From: Flectonema sp. DT1601
Lineage: Eukaryota
Assembly: GCA_964019425.1 (NCBI GenBank)
Contig: OZ025786.1
Span: 496,001-560,000 of the forward strand
Length of the DNA: 64,000 nt
Reading direction: 5' to 3'
Both the position numbers and the translations under genes were made by a program. How positions within the stretch are numbered: the stretch's first letter is position 1; every line of letters starts with the position of its first letter. The notes under the pieces are model-generated. The model saw nothing but the letters and a program-made list of their open reading frames with translations. It was not told the DNA's origin and searched no databases. Shown piece by piece: positions 60,920 to 64,000 of the stretch.

Positions 60920-61894
60920 ATGTTGGAATTTATTAAATCGTTTTTCTCACACTTATTGCTGACTGGGTTAGCAATCTGTGTTCAGAGTTTTATGTTATTA
61001 CAAGTTGGGTTCTTCTACGTAGTTATGAAATGGAAGAACAGAAAGCCAATTGAGACAACGAGTATTGACTACACAAAGATTAACTTTGGGACTTGCACGA
61101 TGTCAATAATCATTCCAATGAGGAATGAAGCAGAAAACGTCGAGGGAACGTTAAAAAGGTTGTCTGGAAGCTGTCTGAATGCGAGTTTAATTGAAGTTGT
61201 AATCGTTGACTCCGAAAGCACTGACGACACTATTGCACGCGCCAAAGAAGTCGCACCGTCACTTCCATTTAAAAATATTGCTTTTGCAAGCGCAACCGGT
61301 GGTCGCGGTCCGACATTAGATGCCGGTGTACAAGTTGCATCAGGAGAGCTTTTATTCTTCGTGCACGCTGACTGTCAGGTTCCCAAAGACTTCGATTCGC
61401 TACTACGAGAGGCGCTGTCAAATCCAAATAACATGGCTGCTGCTTTTACGTTTGCAATCGACAGGTCAAAGCTTCCCAATTCGTATTCCCTTCCTGGAAT
61501 GACTACAATGGAACAAACTGTTTACTGGAGGTCATCTGTTTTACAACTTCCTTTTGGGGATCAGGGAATAGCAATAATAAAGAAATCACTCATCGAGAAA
61601 TACAACTCTTTTGAAGGTGCCAAGTACCCAATAATGGAAGATTTCAAACTAGTTCAGCAAATGCGAGTCGAAGGATGTTCAACTGGTAGACAAATTGCAA
61701 TTCTCCCGCAGAAGATCTGCTGCTCTCCACGTCGATGGTTGAAGATGGGAGTCTGGCGTACGAATCTTATTAATCAATTAGTAATGCTTTGGTACAGGAG
61801 TGGAGCTACTACACAACAGTTATTCGATTTTTATTATCGAAAATCGACTGAAGGAGTCCCTAAATTGTTAATGATAGCAACTTACGGATTGTAA
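60920..61894 (+). CDS. Glycosyltransferase family 2 (TIGR04283-like) with N-terminal membrane anchor
   Basis: SIIIPMRNEA, EVVIVD..S.DDT, FFVHAD, LPFGDQG, PIMED, SPRRW. Confidence 0.85.
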   Translation: MLEFIKSFFSHLLLTGLAICVQSFMLLQVGFFYVVMKWKNRKPIETTSIDYTKINFGTCTMSIIIPMRNEAENVEGTLKRLSGSCLNASLIEVVIVDSESTDDTIARAKEVAPSLPFKNIAFASATGGRGPTLDAGVQVASGELLFFVHADCQVPKDFDSLLREALSNPNNMAAAFTFAIDRSKLPNSYSLPGMTTMEQTVYWRSSVLQLPFGDQGIAIIKKSLIEKYNSFEGAKYPIMEDFKLVQQMRVEGCSTGRQIAILPQKICCSPRRWLKMGVWRTNLINQLVMLWYRSGATTQQLFDFYYRKSTEGVPKLLMIATYGL

Positions 61895-62216
61895 CACCGT
61901 GATCGCTTAGTGTGATTACACTATTTTTTCTGATGTCATTTCTACTGCTGTGATCCACCATCAGCATGTCGTGTTACGTACACCACTGTGATGATGAAAG
62001 CAGCTTTGCAAGACACGTTCCGATTTTTGTTATTTTATATATATTTTTTTTTTTTTGTGAAAACACAAGACTACGGTCACGGTCTTGTTACAATTGACTG
62101 AAGAGTTGTCAAAAACAACACCTCCCTCAATTGTCGAAAGTGGTTTGTTAAATACGAGACTTTTTTGAAGTCCTCTTGTTTTTTAATTAATCATTATATT
62201 TAATGCATAGCACAAA

Positions 62217-63695
62217 ATGCCGTACCTTGAGTGGACAAATGATTACCTCGGGGAATGCTTGTGTTGGGATAATTCAACAGCTGATTGGTGTTCTGAGGAT
62301 GTAGAATACCAGTGTGCTGACCTTATGAATGAAATATCATCACCAGCGTGGGTAGGATTGATGTGGGGTGTTACGATCATAGTCGTAACGTTAATGCAAT
62401 TTGCGGTTCTGGGAATGTCAAAATATTTACGAAATAAAACAAAAGAATATCAACCTTCAATATACCATACGTTAGGGAAGACAGGATTTTATTGTACGAG
62501 AGCTTTGGGATTGTTTGCTGTGTTGGCAGGGTTTGCAGTGAGTGTGGCAAACAACGTGTTTGCGAATGATTTATTTTTTGAACTAAACCGAGTGAATAAC
62601 ACCATAACAGTTACCACCAGTATCATCAGAGGATCTGGGACAGTATTTCAACAAGCAGCGACGACTCTATCGAATGAGTTGAATGTATTGGTTCCTTCAA
62701 CAGTCGAATCAAAAACAACACGTTGGATGAATGAAGTAAACGACCAACAGGTAGAATTTTACGAAACATACAAACAATTCTTGATTCCAGCTATAATCTG
62801 GCCGCTTTGTGCTTGGTCTTTTCTTTCTTGGTTGGGGACTCTTCATAGAAAACCCACCATGACAAGAATTATGTTTGCGATCTCATCAGTGGTTTCGATA
62901 GCACTAACAATCCTGCATGTCCTAGCATTGTTAATCACTTACGTTAATGTAATCATCTGTACTGATTATGATAATGTCCAGAGTGTCGGCCTCACTATCA
63001 TTGAAGCAAGATTTAAAAATGAATCAAGCGCAATTTATGATTTCTATGACTTGTCTCAAAATGCGACAACGCGGCATTACTGTACTAGCATTGATTCACC
63101 TCTTATTAAGGCAAAGGACTATTTTGTGATAACGTTGCCGGATTGTCATGGAGATGAAAGCATAAAAAGAATTATTGAAAGCGAAAGTTACTTGAGACTT
63201 ACTACTTCAGGTCGTGGTGAGTGTACTGGTTCTTGTAGCATCCAATCTTGCTCTGAGCTATGTCTTCAAGGTTCAGCAGTAAAAAACATATCCATTGCAG
63301 TTGTTGACTCGTGGGATAAAATTCACACTTCCCTTGCCATAATTGAAACTATTGGATTTCAGTTAGCGGAACTGACGGCTTTTTCTAATTTATTTACATC
63401 TTTAAAAGCTCCAATCTGTACTCCAATATTTTTTAGTAATGTTTATATCGTAATTTGGACATCACTATTGGTATTCTTTTATACTTGTATTATCGTGTAT
63501 CTGTGGTATTCTAGTACTCACTTAGCTCCGAGGTTACACTCACGTAGAGACAGTCACCAACGAGTTGACTCGGATCAAGGTTACATATCTGATCAAGATA
63601 TCTTATTGGAATCTCTTGAGACTAGAGCTGCTGCTTCATATGGTGCTACCAAAGGGCTGCTTGGTAGTAGTCGTAGACATACTCCTGTCTCATAA
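62217..63695 (+). CDS. Hypothetical ~5-TM protein with Cys-rich extracellular loop (tweety/prominin-like topology)
   Basis: 492-aa ATG ORF with five hydrophobic segments, two large loops and several NxS/T sequons. The family guess rests on topology only. Confidence 0.65.
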   Translation: MPYLEWTNDYLGECLCWDNSTADWCSEDVEYQCADLMNEISSPAWVGLMWGVTIIVVTLMQFAVLGMSKYLRNKTKEYQPSIYHTLGKTGFYCTRALGLFAVLAGFAVSVANNVFANDLFFELNRVNNTITVTTSIIRGSGTVFQQAATTLSNELNVLVPSTVESKTTRWMNEVNDQQVEFYETYKQFLIPAIIWPLCAWSFLSWLGTLHRKPTMTRIMFAISSVVSIALTILHVLALLITYVNVIICTDYDNVQSVGLTIIEARFKNESSAIYDFYDLSQNATTRHYCTSIDSPLIKAKDYFVITLPDCHGDESIKRIIESESYLRLTTSGRGECTGSCSIQSCSELCLQGSAVKNISIAVVDSWDKIHTSLAIIETIGFQLAELTAFSNLFTSLKAPICTPIFFSNVYIVIWTSLLVFFYTCIIVYLWYSSTHLAPRLHSRRDSHQRVDSDQGYISDQDILLESLETRAAASYGATKGLLGSSRRHTPVS

Positions 63696-64000
63696 ATTAC
63701 TACTTGGGCTTGATTTAGTTTTGTTTTGGCAAACTTGTTTTTTAAGAAAGAATTTTTTGTGATTGTTTTTTTTTTTTTTTTTTTTTGTGTTGTTTGTTGT
63801 TTCTTATCAATTCGTATGCTCTGCTGAGAATTATTTAATTTGCTGCTTCGTTCATAAAAAAAAAAAAAAAAAAAAAACAGCGACACCTGGTTTTTTGTGT
63901 TTTGGTATTATTGTTAGTTTTTTTTATATTTTTTTTTATTAATTTACATTTAGGCGACGTATACAAATTACGTCCCTTTTATTGAAGCTTGTTCAACGAT

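Overview
AT-rich eukaryotic (protist) genomic window with about 22 protein-coding genes. All lie head-to-tail on the + strand, separated by poly-T/poly-A-rich spacers. This resembles a euglenozoan-type directional gene cluster; the frequent short GT-AG cis-introns suggest a diplonemid-like rather than trypanosomatid genome (inference). I reconstructed 19 introns by hand; each gives a coherent spliced reading frame. Content in order: 3' part of a giant (>6,000 aa) repeat protein, saposin/Canopy-like protein, 3-RRM protein, Fuzzy-like protein, TEY-type MAPK, IQUB, cold-shock/RGG protein, HBS1-like GTPase, DnaJ protein, small acidic-tailed membrane protein, 7TM-ankyrin fusion, PUF60-like KH-UHM protein, Pro-rich repeat protein, SRPK-like kinase, two small multi-TM proteins, C2-TM-PX protein, Ubl-ankyrin protein, SURF1, TDRD9/Spindle-E-like DEAH helicase, GT2 glycosyltransferase and a multi-TM protein. 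Most notable: (1) a ~30-aa module I cannot assign to a named family (E-[RK]-R-x-D-P-x-D-G-x-x-Y-[ST]-K-x-x-F-x-x-x-Y-G-G-x-x-E-W-x-x-A), found in six copies across two adjacent, otherwise unrelated RNA/translation proteins; (2) cis-introns with GTATGT donors and A-rich, not pyrimidine-rich, 3' ends; (3) a multi-hairpin RNA element right after the RRM gene stop codon; (4) a MAPK with no in-frame ATG upstream of its catalytic N-lobe. Family assignments come from recalled motifs, not database searches.
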